Assembly: GCF_046119375.1 (NCBI RefSeq)
Contig: NW_027362764.1
Location: 501,952,001-502,016,000, forward strand
Reading direction: 5' to 3'
Source of the DNA: Phyllobates terribilis
Taxonomy: Eukaryota
DNA: 64,000 bases
A model generated the notes under the pieces. That model was given only the letters and a program-made list of their open reading frames with translations, was not told where the DNA came from and searched no databases. How positions within the stretch are numbered: position 1 is the first letter of the stretch; each line of letters starts with the position of its first letter. Positions 34,534 through 46,090 of the stretch are shown piece after piece. The position numbers and the translations under genes are program-made.

Positions 34534-35480
34534 TGACAGTACCTTGCCACATGTCCGGGTTGATTGCAGCGGCGGCAGATGGGTCGTCCATCCTCGTTGT
34601 ATCTGTCGCTGGGTCTTCCTCTGGCCGGTGGGGTCCTCCTCAGTCGGCGCCACGGGACGTCCTCCGGTCCGGATGCCAGCTGGATCTTTCCTGGAGAAGA
34701 GACCTGTAAAGACTGCACAGTTCTGGTTAGCGCGGCAACGCTCTTAGTCAGCTCTTGGACCTGATGGTGCAGGTCTGTAGCCGGGTCACGGTTTAAAGCC
34801 TGCGCATCAGCTCCCACAGGCTCTGCAGACAAGGGCGCCGTCCCCTGGTGGTAAGTGATAGCAGGGCGCCTGTGGGTCACAGCGCCACCTGGTGCCGGTT
34901 CTCGGAGCACCCGGATGGCTCTGTCCTTGAACTGTGCAAAGTCCAGGTCAGGGTCCTGTAAGGCCATTGCCCGCAACTGGGTTCGGTGGGCATTGCACAG
35001 TAGACCCTCAATAAATTGTTCAGTCAACAGCTTATCTTCATTTCCCACGCTGTCAGGGTCTGCCTGCTTAATGGCTCTCAGGGCCTCTTGTAGGTTTAGA
35101 GCATAGTCTCTTATACTCTCATGTGCCCGTTGTTTGCACCCATAAAATCTTAGTTTTATTTCGGCTGAGGTGCGGGTGTCAAATGTGTCTTTCAGCCGGG
35201 CTAGTATCTCTCTGACAGTACTCTTCCTCCCAGGTGGCCAGGACTTTACCTCCCTTTGGGCTGCCCCGATTAATTGGGCCACCAGGATGCTCACTTTTTG
35301 CTCTTCTGTGAGGGGGTACACCTGGAAGAGGCTATCCAGTCTTTCTCTAAAGTCATTTAGGGTATGTGACTCCCCTGAGTACTGGGGTAGCCAGGCTGCC
35401 CCCGGGATTTAGGGCATGGTGAATGGCATGACTGTTGCAGCGGTGGCTGTGGCAATGGAGCTCCCCTCGGTGTCCGGCAT
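34509..35480 (-). pseudogene. gag: Gag with CCHC knuckle, premature TAA at 35409-35411
   Basis: ATG 35480 MPDTEGSS...; FYGCKQRAHESIRDYALNLQ; CRRCNQPGHVARYC; the homolog at 61520 has TAT at the stop position. Confidence 0.92.
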
Positions 35481-36901
35481 CCTCCTCCCCCCTAGTGGAC
35501 CGTGGCCTACCTTGCGATGCTCTTCTTCCGTAGGCCGCGGCTCCGCAGTCGATCGTCGGGGTTGAGGACCTGGCGTCGCGCTCTGATGACGTCAGCGTCG
35601 CTCTTCCTCCCTTCCAGGACCTTGCGCAGCGTCACTGTGTGGGGCGGAGCTTCGGATCCCGCGCGCTTTCGGCGTCCACGCCCCCCCTTCTTCCTGCTTG
35701 GCGTCCCGAAGATGGCGTCCGATGGCGGGAAGCAGCTGCGGATGGCGGGAAGAAGGCAGAAGACAGCGGGAAACGGTCCAAGATGGCGTCTAATGGCGGT
35801 AAACGGCTCCGGACGGCGGGAAACTTCACCACAGGTAAGTATAAAAGTCTCTTTTTCAGGCACGCAGTACCCGGTGGTTGCGGGCACGAAATCCTGCCGC
35901 CCCCTGGGCCTGTGCTGTGCAGGGGGATACCCGGAGCCGGATCGCTGGGGGTTGTAGTTCTCCGTGGCGGTGACCCGGTCCGTGCCCAGGGTGGTCAAAC
36001 CAGTGGCAGTCTATTGGTGTTATAAGTGTCCGACTACGCCACCCGTGGATTGCGGTCAGTGGGGACCGCCGCTGCGCTGCCGACCGCTGAGGCTGATGTT
36101 GGTTGCGCAGCCGAGTATGGGATAACTCCCCACGGGAGGAGTATTGCCTCAGGGCAGCTAATGTGAGAGATGATGGGAGTGATGGTGTGAGGGTCCCAGT
36201 GCTAATGGTGCTGGAGCGGCAAGGAATCACAGAGATGTGAGGTGCAGTTCAGGGTCTTTACTGGTGGTACAAGGCAGACCCTCCCGGGAGTACTGGCTAG
36301 TATAAGGGGCCTGGTCAGTCTGTGAGCAAGCAGGAGTTCCCCTGGCCAGGTGGAGTTGTAGGCCTCCCCGTTAATCTGCACTCTTCCTGGCTACCTTGCT
36401 GTCAGCGGTTACAAGTAGCCCACGTCCCTGAGTATACCGTGTGGTGCTCACCCGTATGGCTGGTGACCTGGGGCCTTCTGTTAGCCTCCGCTCCTCGATG
36501 GCGGCGCTGGTCCCTTCTTTGTGACTGAGCCTCCGGGCTTCTATGGCCAGAGGACCTGGAATCCCCTGCCGGCTGGTTTCTGCTGCTGGGTGTAGATCAG
36601 TCCCCACAGCCTCGGACTCCTGTGTCCGGTTTTAGTGTCCTTGTCCAGGGCGAGCTCTGCTCAGCTCCAGCCCCTGGACTTCTGCTACTGCTCCTACAGA
36701 GCTCCTAGTTCTTCCTTTCCCTCTCCAGGCTCTGACTGCTCTAATCCCGCCCCAGACCCAGTTTAAAAGGGCAGATTCCTCCCCTCCCAGGTCTGGGCGG
36801 ACCGTGTTGCATGTTTAGGGATCCTGACCAGAGAAACCTCCCACTTGCTCTCAGACATAATATCTCTATTACTGCGGCAACCAGACCCCTGGGGTGTCGC
36901 A

Positions 36902-37412
36902 CAATCATAGTCCCTATGAGGAGGCAAAACTTGCGACTCCTCCTCAGAAAAAAACTTCCAAAAATCCTGAATAGGTATAGGTAATTCCCCTCTTTCCACA
37001 GCAGCACTGCGACCGTTACAACATCTATCATAACACTTAGGACTCCAAGACTTAATTTCATTGGTAGACCAGTCCAGTACAGGATTGTGCAATTTTAAGC
37101 AAGGTAACCCCAAAACCACTGGAGCAGGCAAATTATTTAATACCGCCAAATCCAAATTCTCTTGGTGAATACCATTAATGGTGAGGGGAAATTCAAAAAC
37201 CTTGTGAGTAATACATTTCAAGGGAGAGCCATCAACAGCAACCACAGAAATAGGAGATGACAAAAGTTTGGATTCTAATTTAAATTTTTCCAAAAAACCC
37301 TCATCAATCACATTGAGTGTAGAACCACAATCCATAAATACCCGAAATTCAATCAACTCCTCCTGGAATGAGGTGCTTCCAGAAAAAAATACTCCTTTTG
37401 AGTTTAAACACG
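36902..37412 (-). CDS. pol: Chromovirus protease region of pol (upstream of the nested insertion)
   Basis: [41 protein letters not shown]. Confidence 0.88.
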
Positions 37413-38252
37413 CTATGTTGGCGTAACTGACCTCTTTTTTTTTTCTTTGTTCAAACGAAGCACACAGTTCTTAATAAAGTGGTCAGATTTACCGCAATAA
37501 AAACACAATCCTTTAGCAAACCTGCGGTCCTTTTCCTGAGAGTGGGGTGACATCGCCCCAATCTCCATCGGTTCTCCACCCTCCGAACAGACCCTCTGAA
37601 AACTAGGAGCTGCCATAGCAGTCGATTTCTCTTCATTACTCCTAGCACGCAGTCTCCTGTCCACACGTATGGCTAATTGCATTGCCTCCTGCAAGGTTCC
37701 AGGTTTTGGGAAGGCAATCAGCAGTTCCTTAACCCTTTCACCTAGACCATCAAGAAACAAACATTTCAATGCTGAGTCATTCCATTCCACTTCAGCTGAC
37801 CATCTTCTGAAGTATGTACAATAATTTTCCACATCACCTGATCCCTGCTTCAAACATCTTAATTCAGTTTCAGCAGATGAGACTCGATCAGGATCATCAT
37901 ACAACAACCCCATAGCAGAAAAAAAATCTTCCACAGATCTAAAACACGGATCATTAGGTCATTAGGTTGTAGAGAAAAGGCCCATCCCTGTGGTTCTTTG
38001 CGCAAAAGTGACATTAAAAACCCAATGCGCTGTGATTCATTCCCCGAGGATCTGGGTCTTAAACGAAAATATAATAAACAAGCGTTTTTAAAGGAAAAAA
38101 ATCTTGCCGTTTACCATAAAAAAAATCTGGAAGTCCTACCTTTGGTTCGACAAAATGCGCTCCAGGACAGCTACTCACGTGTTGCTGGAGCTCAGCCACC
38201 TCCAAAGACAGTCCCTGCAGGCGTTGAGCCAACTCCTGAACCGACACCATGC
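37413..38252 (-). pseudogene. gag: Chromovirus gag (DUF4939/retrotransposon gag + CCHC), frameshifted
   Basis: ORFs 38059-38325 and 37413-37934; LKQGSGDVENYCTYFR, FLDGL, CFYCGKSDHFIKNC; short duplication TCATTAGG near 37950. Confidence 0.88.
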
Positions 38253-39099
38253 TGAAATCAGGATTTCTTTCCTTAGAGTGTTTTATTTTTGGGCTGGACT
38301 TACTGTTATGAACTGCTACAAACACTAAGGAAAGATAGGAAAACTGTCCCTACAATAGGACTAAGCTGATTCCCTACGATGCAGCGGGGGACCTGTTCCT
38401 TGTGAACAGATCCGCCTAAGTCCTCGGCTAGTCTGAACGCAGACCTATAGATATAAGGGAGGGGTCCCTACAAGAACTAAGGACTGGGATATAGATGGAC
38501 ACCTCCTAGCCGAAATTGTAGCAGAGCAAAGACAAACAAACAAACAGAAGTACTAGTGGTCAAAAGACCAAGCAAACTACAGAGTAAGGTACAAAGCACC
38601 TGGCTAGCTTAAGAGTAAAAGTAACACTGAAGTCCAGCAAGGCCAGGAGGGCGGAGCTGGATTAAATAGGCAAAAAGTCATGTGACCAGCAAAATAGAAA
38701 AAACTATCAGGAGGGTTCTAACAGACGGGGCCTTAGAGCTGCTGAGCAGCAGACTCAGTGTTTGCACAGGCTGCTACCAGCATTTACTAGACAAGCAATG
38801 GAAAGGGCACAGATTTCCTCCAAGTCCTGCATCACTTCTGATAGAGAACTGTGTATGTCCCTCCTATGTCTGCATATGGTATGAGAATGCTGAGAAGATG
38901 GATTTATGGCTCCCTCCCACTCACTCAGATAAGCAGCATATGTAGCCATAATGAATAGAGAATGTCCACTTTCAGTAAAGCAGTCCCTAAAGTGTGAAAA
39001 GTACATAAAATAAACTCATCAGGTACTCCCCCACACCACAGGGTCCAGCACCAGCTTCCCACCATCTCTGCAATCCCAATGTTGTGAGTAGATCAGTAA

Positions 39100-39330
39100 C
39101 GTCACGTCAAAGTGTGACTGCTCTAGTCAGCCAGTCACTGAGCCCAGTGCTCGTGTAGTGGTTGATGGCACACAACACTAAGCTCAGTGACTGGCTGACT
39201 ACAGTGGTGACACGCACTGTTGATGTGACATCACCCCTCTAGTCACAACACTGGGTTCACAGTATTGGCAGAAGCTGGAGCTGGACCTTGGGGGGAATGA
39301 GTATCTGCTGAATCTGTTATTTTTTGTACT
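39100..39330. repeat. Palindromic MITE fragment
   Basis: Perfect IR TAGTCAGCCAGTCACTGAGC / GCTCAGTGACTGGCTGACTA around 39124-39201. Confidence 0.6.
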
Positions 39331-39699
39331 TTACACACTTTAAGGATCATTTGAAAGTTGACAAGCCCTGTAGGAATGGCAAAAGTAATAATTAGTGATC
39401 TTACAGGAGATACTATTAATTGTATGTCCCTTTTGTGTGAAAAATTGTGTAATTTAATTATATGTGCAGGGGTGTAATTGATGCAGTGCAGTATCAGTCT
39501 TAGGGATCGTGCATACGACCGATTTTCTTGTACGAGTGCTATCCGTCGTTTTGATGAATAGAACTTGTACCTATGATATTCTATGGGGCTGTGAACATGC
39601 TCAGTTTTTTCCACGGACCACTTGTCAGATTTTGATCTGAGTGTTGGATCAAAATAGACATTGAAAGTCTATGAGTCTATTTGATTTTCCCAAACTAAT

Positions 39700-41710
39700 T
39701 GAAAGGAGAATAAAGGAGCCTTTCCTTTCGCCTTTCTAAAACATTTCCCTGCCCCGTGTGAGGAGCCATTACAGAATGAACAGACATGTTTAAATTTACA
39801 ACTGGTACCAAATTTTCACTGGCTTTAATTAAATTGCCAGCATAAACCTGGTTTCTGCCCTCCTGACTGTCCAGACTGACTATTGTTCCCTGTACTTCCT
39901 CCTTGGCCAAAAAATCCGGCCCCGTCCTGAAAGGAATACCCAATCCAGCGGGAGCCATCACTCTCAACCACAGACCTAAATCTTTCTGATCTCATCTTCT
40001 TTGATGAAGCTGTTCGTCATACCTCAACCAGGTTTGACCCCCATAAACTCTATATGCCTCCCCTATAGAGTCAAAATAACGAAAAAGGGGAGAACAATTC
40101 TCAGGTGCCTTTTCGCCTATAACACTTGCCAAAACGGCAAATGTTTCATCCAACTCGTAAATGTTTGTGGGATTAAACGCCATCTCTGTTTTTTCTCATC
40201 CTTTTTTTTACTATCATCACTTTTTTTTTGTCTAGATTAAACTTCTCCAAAGGCAGGAGGGAAAAGAGTTCGACATATTCGTCTTTCCAAATCTGTTCCC
40301 TCACCTCCTTTTTAAATGGGCCCCCAAAGGGCCCTTGAAGCAAACGTATACTTCGCCTCATGCTTTATCATCAAGATATATCTTATCGCCCTTATCCATC
40401 GCAATCTGAACCGAGACGGACAAGGGCGCACACCTGAGAATTCTCGTCCCCTGACCTAATCACCTCACTATTTCTGCGGTCCCCCTCCCAGCAGGACCCA
40501 GGCTGACACTTGCGATGGGGAGCGACTACCTCCTTCAATTCTTGCCAAGCAGTCTTTTAAAACTGCCAGCATATCTTGAACCCCAGCCGCCCCTTTGGAC
40601 GGAGAAAAATTTGTGGGGGGTCCTGCTAAATTACCTATACCTGATCCTGCACCCAGATCCCCTGAAAGCTGACTACTCACTACACCTTGAGACATCAAAA
40701 TAAGGGGAAATGGACAAGACATGGAGTAATACTCACCGGGCCGAGTGAGCGCTGTGACCCCTCCGGCCGGAAATCCCGCATCCAGACGTCCGTCCAGGAC
40801 TCCGAAAGCCGCCATTCCTGATGTTGAGACTCCCGCGGGTGACGACAGGGGGATGAAGGGGTCCCCCCGCAGATTATGATGGGGGAAAGGAGGGAGAGCT
40901 CTGCACCCCTGGACCACTGGATTGGCCCTTATAGAAAGGCCCAGGTGCAGGAGGGAGACCAGCGGGATGGGCAGACAAAGTGAGCCCTCAATAACCCTGC
41001 CCGCCGCCCGCTATATAAGAGATGAGACTGCGGTGCAGGTCCTCACCCGACATGGGAGAGACTCCATGCCACAGGTCCTGATGCCCCTCCAGGGGAGCCG
41101 CATGTCCTCTGCAGATGCTGATGCTGCCGCACGCAGCCGCAAGTCCTCCCCATCAGCCATCGCAGATGTACAGTGCCGCAGATCGTCCCTGGGTGGAGAG
41201 GCAGGCCACCCGGCAGGTACATCACTGCAATGGCTTGCCGCAGATGACGCACATTATGTCGCTGCAGCGGCAGCAGGCCTCGCCCCCCTCTCGGGCAGAG
41301 GCCCACTCACCGCCGCAGAGCTAGGGAGTGCCCGTGGATTCCTCCCGGTCCGGGCCCTGGCGTGGGGCATGGGTGTTGGCGCCGGCACCAGAGGGTTCCT
41401 AGAGGGGCTCCTGCGCCGAAACCTAGCTCGTGGTTCATATTCTGGGGACAGCCGTACCGGAGGCGGAGCCCGCTGAGGACGCCGCTCCTGCAGCACTGGT
41501 GTCGCTGCCACCCATGCTCCACAGCTGACTATCTGGGCCACTTGAGTGTCGAGCCAGCCAGTTGATTGACCCCTGGCCACCATCCTGAGGTCTCGAGAAG
41601 CTCCTCTACAGAAGACATTCTGCAGGTATGGACAGGGGACTTGCACTGTGCCCTGGGAGCGGGAAAGTGACCAAAACCCCTTCCAGGGCGACCTTATAAA
41701 TGACCCCATC
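39700..41710 (-). pseudogene. DIRS-like retrotransposon gag (ORF1) remnant
   Basis: KEVREQIWKDEYVELFSLLPLEKFNLD, FAVLASVIGEKAPENCSPLFRYFDSIGEAYRVYGGQTWLRYDEQ, CKFKHVCSFCNGSSHG; no RT or tyrosine recombinase seen. Confidence 0.75.
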
Positions 41711-41907
41711 TCTCAGACCCAACCTTACTAACCCATGACGCCACCTACTCCAAACCTCCGTCATGCCATCTTCGGCCCACTGTCCTAGTCCAGTGCTGCA
41801 GCCTCTCCTCTAAATGAATATTCACATGTAAAAAAGCCACAAATAGGGTAAACCTGGGAGTAATATATTTTATCACCTTTGAAGACATTGCTGCACTAGT
41901 AGCATGG

Positions 41908-43400
41908 TGTCATGCTGATGGTTGTGGAACCACTGTGCCACGGACCAGGGAGAGCCTGGAGGGGCGTAACTAAGCAACAACCTGGTTGTTCACTAGAGCC
42001 CATGATGGTGTGGTTAGACGTGAGCTGCAGTTGGACGCAAGCTTCCACTCCAGGACAGACCCCGGAGCCGCAGCAGCTGACACCAAAGCGGCAGGGAAGC
42101 AGAGATGAACTCGGAGAGTCAGACCAGCCAGGAACTGATTCACAGAATTAATTGATGTGCTATAGCTGGTTGACAGGACGGATACCTGTACTGGTAAAGG
42201 CAGGGCAGGTTCAGGAACACACGACGGGGAGCGCGCATGCCCTAAGTGCAATCCCGGGGAGACTTGCGTGCTGTGCGCAGGTCCTGGCAAGCTGCGGCAG
42301 GGACTGGAACAGTGCGGCAGGTGAGGTGAGAATGTCGACATCCCTGCCTGGAGGAGAAAGGGGGATTGTGCAGGGACGTCGGTGCTGATATTACAGTACC
42401 CTTCCTCCTTACACCCCCTCCTGTTCAAGCCCACAAGGAACTTCTGCAGAAGAATTGAAGCATGAATATTCTCCTTGGGTTCCCATGATCTCTCTTCTAT
42501 CTCTTCGGGACTAAATCCTTTCCAATCCACTAGAAAAAAGGTTTTACCTTTCACCTTCTTCATGGTCAAGATACTTCTCACCTCAAAGACATCCTCAGAG
42601 CAGATTAGAGCTGGCATGGCACTAGGATCCTTGAAGAAGGGACTCAAGATGACAGGTTTGATGAGAGATACGTGGAAGGAATTAGGTGTAATGAAGCTGG
42701 CAGCTTCAATTTATAGAACAGGGCATTAATTTGCCTGATGACTTCGAAGTCACCAATTAAGCGAGGACCTAACTTTGTAGGATGGGATCTTGAGACGAAT
42801 GTAATTTGAGGATAGCCATAGCTTATCCCCTAGACAATAAGGCTGATCCAAGCGTCTTTTGTCAGCATGCCTCTTTATACGTTTGAATGATTTATCTAGA
42901 GTGGCTTTGGTGTCCTCCCAGATCTTGGAACAATCCTTTGTGAGAGCATCAGCTGCAGGGATGCCAGAAGCAGCGGATGCAGGAAGAGGCATTCCTGGAT
43001 GTTGACCAAAGACAATGAAGAATGGTTACCTTGCTGCAGACTCACTTGCATGATTCTTATAGGAGAACTCTGCCAAGGTCAAGAGCTTGACCCAGTCTTC
43101 ATAGTGCACGTTGGTGAAATGCCAGAGGATATTAGACAGAACCTGGTTGACTCTCGCCACTTGTCCGATATATTGAGGGTGGTATGCAGAAGACAAGTCC
43201 AGAACCACGTTCAGCACATAGCTCTCCAAAATCTGGATGTGAGTTGGACTCCTCTGTCAGATACAATGTGAAGAGGAAATCCATGAAGGCGGAAGATGTG
43301 CTGAATAAATCTCTATGTGAGCTCAGGAGCAGACGAAATACCCGGCAATGGAGTAAAGTAAGCCATCTTCGAGAAGAAGTCCACCACTATCCAGATGATG
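41908..43400 (-). mobile_element. 3' fragment of a different chromodomain Gypsy (IN C-term, chromodomain, PPT, 3' LTR 41908-42395)
   Basis: LSSAYHPQ, WLSSNYIRLKIPSYK, FEVRSIL..KKVKGKTFFLVDWKGF..EERSWEPKENIH; PPT GGAGGAAGGGTAC before TGTAATATC. Confidence 0.85.
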
Positions 43401-43429
43401 GAACAATCAGAGGATACCGGAGAATACAA

Positions 43430-46090
43430 CTAAGTAGGATTCCCCTCGCTCAATGTTTATCCAAATATTGAACTTTTTGTGAAACTAGTGACTAATCAAT
43501 TGGAGAAAATCCCGAATGGGATTTCCAATGATAATCTTTCCCCTGAACTTAGGAAAGCCCTTATTGAGCTTAAACAGAATAAGACTTTAGTCATCAAAAA
43601 GGCAGACAAAGGGGAGAACGTGGTCATATGGCCAGTCTCTAAGTATGAAAAAGAGGCCTTTAGGCAGCTAAGAAATGCAATATGTTATAAACTACTTACT
43701 TTTAACCCCACTTCGGCCTTTAGGGACGAATTTTATAACATCATCAAAGTGCCTATGATAATGGAATCATCTCTAAGGAACTGAAAACCAACCTGATACC
43801 AGAGTACCCTATGACAGCGTGTATATATTTTCTACCTAAAATACACAAGGACCAGACTACACCACCTGGTAGACCAATCTTATCAGGTAACAGGGATCTC
43901 TGTGAAGGGATCAGTTAATATCTTGATTTTTATCTTAAACCCTTGGTATATGACCTACCGTCTCATGTGAAAGACACGGGAGATGTCCTTAAGAAAGTTG
44001 ATGGGATTCCTATGGATTTGTGGCTAGTCACTATGGACTAGAATCCTTGTATATGTCCATTGTGCACAATGATGGAATTAGGGCAGTTGAGATGTTCTTG
44101 GCCATGACAGACGATGACGATCAATTTATTCAGTTCCTATTATGTTTCCTTGATTTTGATCTGAAGCACAATTTTTTTTATTTTTAAAGAGACATTTTAC
44201 TTGCTGAAACAAGGAACTGCAATGGGGGCCGCTTTTGCGCCCTCCTACCTAAACCTTTTTTTAGGAGCGTGGGAGAGGAAAATCTTCTTTAACAACCCTA
44301 TTGCATTTATCAAAAAAGCTCTGTCTTGGTCAAGATATATCAACGACATCCTGATGATCTGGCAGGGGACTCTATCGGAGCTCTCGACTTTTGTGGAGAA
44401 CCTTAATGACAACAACTTAAATATTAAACTGACATACCTCTACAGAAAGAGCTCAATAGACTTCCTAGATATCATGATATATAAAGAACAGAACGGATGT
44501 TTTCAGACTAACATGTTCAAGAAAGAAACGGCAGTGATTTCTATTTTAAATGCCTCATCCCCTCACCCAAAACCATTAATTAATGGTACACCAACAGGAC
44601 AATTTCTGAGAGCTCGGAGAATTTGTTCCACTGATCAAGACTTCCATTCTCAAGCTAAGTGTGAGGACCTGGCCACTTACTAAATACTTTTCCAGCACTG
44701 AGCACCCATTTTACTAAATCTTAATTTTGTGTTTTTTAGAAATTAGCATGCTGTGTTTTGTTAGTGATTTGTTTGCTCATCAGTTCAACCTCAGGTATCT
44801 ATTTCATTCAGTGACCATATACCTTGATACCTTGGGCCATTGTTCTTTCCGTCACCACAGGTAGTCTCACATGCAAACCCAGGGGATGGGTTCTACCTGA
44901 GAAAATATCTCCACTAAGGCACAATTAGCTGGGGGAGGGAGGGGTGAGCTCTTCTGCCGATTCAGGGCACTGAACCCTGTGCAGGAAAAAGAGAAGTTTC
45001 ATTGCTAGTCGGACTGAGAGCTGGATGGTATTACGAGCTGCGGTCGTGATATCCATCATCCGAAGGAGCATATGCTGTGACTGCCATTATACCGGTGGGA
45101 GATACAAAAAGCTGTGGGCCAACCAAAAATTGGGGAACAGTGGGTATCACCTGGTACGGGGCAGTGGAACTACTGATCCCAGGTTGGAAACTCGAGGACT
45201 AAGAGAATTGTCTGTTGGACATTTACCTGGAATTGCTGTTCACCGTGGTCGGAAGGAATAAAACTAATTGCATAGTTAACCTGCCTAGGTGATTATTAAA
45301 ATCCACAACCGCACATCTTTACACTAAGGATATCTTGATGAGGTTCTATGAGAGAGGATACTCTAAACGTAGCATAAAGAGAGGCTATAAAAGAGCTCTG
45401 TTGAGTAAAAGGACGGACCTTTTGAGTTCAAGAACCAAACCACCACAAGAGTTTAAGGTGAGATTCATCTCCACTTTTCACGAAAAGTGGTGGGATGTCA
45501 AAAATGCCTTGCAAAAGTACTGGCAAATTTTAAGAGTTGATGATACCCTTGCGAAATATACTTTTGACTACCCCTCTATAACGTACAGAAGAGCTAACAA
45601 CCTGAAGGAACAATTGACACATAGTTACCATGCCGGATCTAGGCCTGAAAAATCTTTCTGCTCAAAAGGCCCATCATGGGGATTCTATCCATGCAAAAAG
45701 TGTATTGCGTGTCCCAATATGGTAAAGGCTGTGGATTTCCAATTGAGTGACGGGAAATGTAACTTCAAAATCACTCAACATATTACCTCGCTCAGTGTCC
45801 TTGCCGAAAAGTATATGTGGTTCTGATTCCTAGACCCCTGAGGATTAGAGTGCGGGAACATGTCAGGGATATTCTGAATGCCAGTGATGTTGAAGATATC
45901 CATTCATTAAAAGCAATACCAAGGCACTTTAAACAAGCCCACGGATGTGATGCTGGACTCCTGAAAGTCCATGGTATCGATAGAGTTCTTATATCCAGCA
46001 GAGGAGGTAATTGGAGGAGAAACCTGGCCCAGCTAGAGGCTAGATGGATCTTTAAGATTAATTTGGTTCAGCCTTTTGGCTTAAATTAAG
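43430..46090 (+). mobile_element. Penelope-like element (RT + GIY-YIG endonuclease), degraded
   Basis: KADKGENVV, QGTAMGAAFAPSYLNLF, WSRYINDIL, IDFLDI, CKKCIAC, RIRVREH, LEARWIF..L..VQPFGLN. Confidence 0.9.
44660..45323. mobile_element. Solo LTR (664 bp) inserted in Penelope RT
   Basis: TGTGAGG...TTTACA with 5-bp TSD CTAAG (44655-44659, 45324-45328); removal restores QAKDILMRFYERGY. Confidence 0.8.

Larger units (their letters stand above)
28944..36901 (-). mobile_element. tRNA-Ser-type Gypsy element nested in chromovirus pol
   Basis: LTRs 28944-29952 and ~35899-36901, near-identical; 4-bp TSD CAAT (28940-28943, 36902-36905) restores the host frame DYDCTIEF; PPT 29953-29960. Confidence 0.97.
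25791..38723 (-). mobile_element. Chromodomain Gypsy (Tf1/sushi-like chromovirus), full length, with nested insertion
   Basis: LTRs 25791-26206 and 38304-38723; 5-bp TSD GACGG; PPT AGAAGAGGGGGTAC (26207-26220); gag-PR-RT-RH-IN-chromo order. Confidence 0.97.
25098..38732. mobile_element. Palindromic MITE (Harbinger-like, ~700 bp), split at its right TIR by a Gypsy insertion
   Basis: Left end GCCCCCGTCTCACA; right end TGTGACGG|LTR element|GACGGGGCC-TTA; internal repeats GGTAACCATGGTAAACATCGGGTTACTAG. Confidence 0.7.

Noticed and set aside
28944-36901. Gmr1-type (integrase before RT) organisation
   Set aside because: Domain order read from the ORFs is PR-RT-RH-IN.
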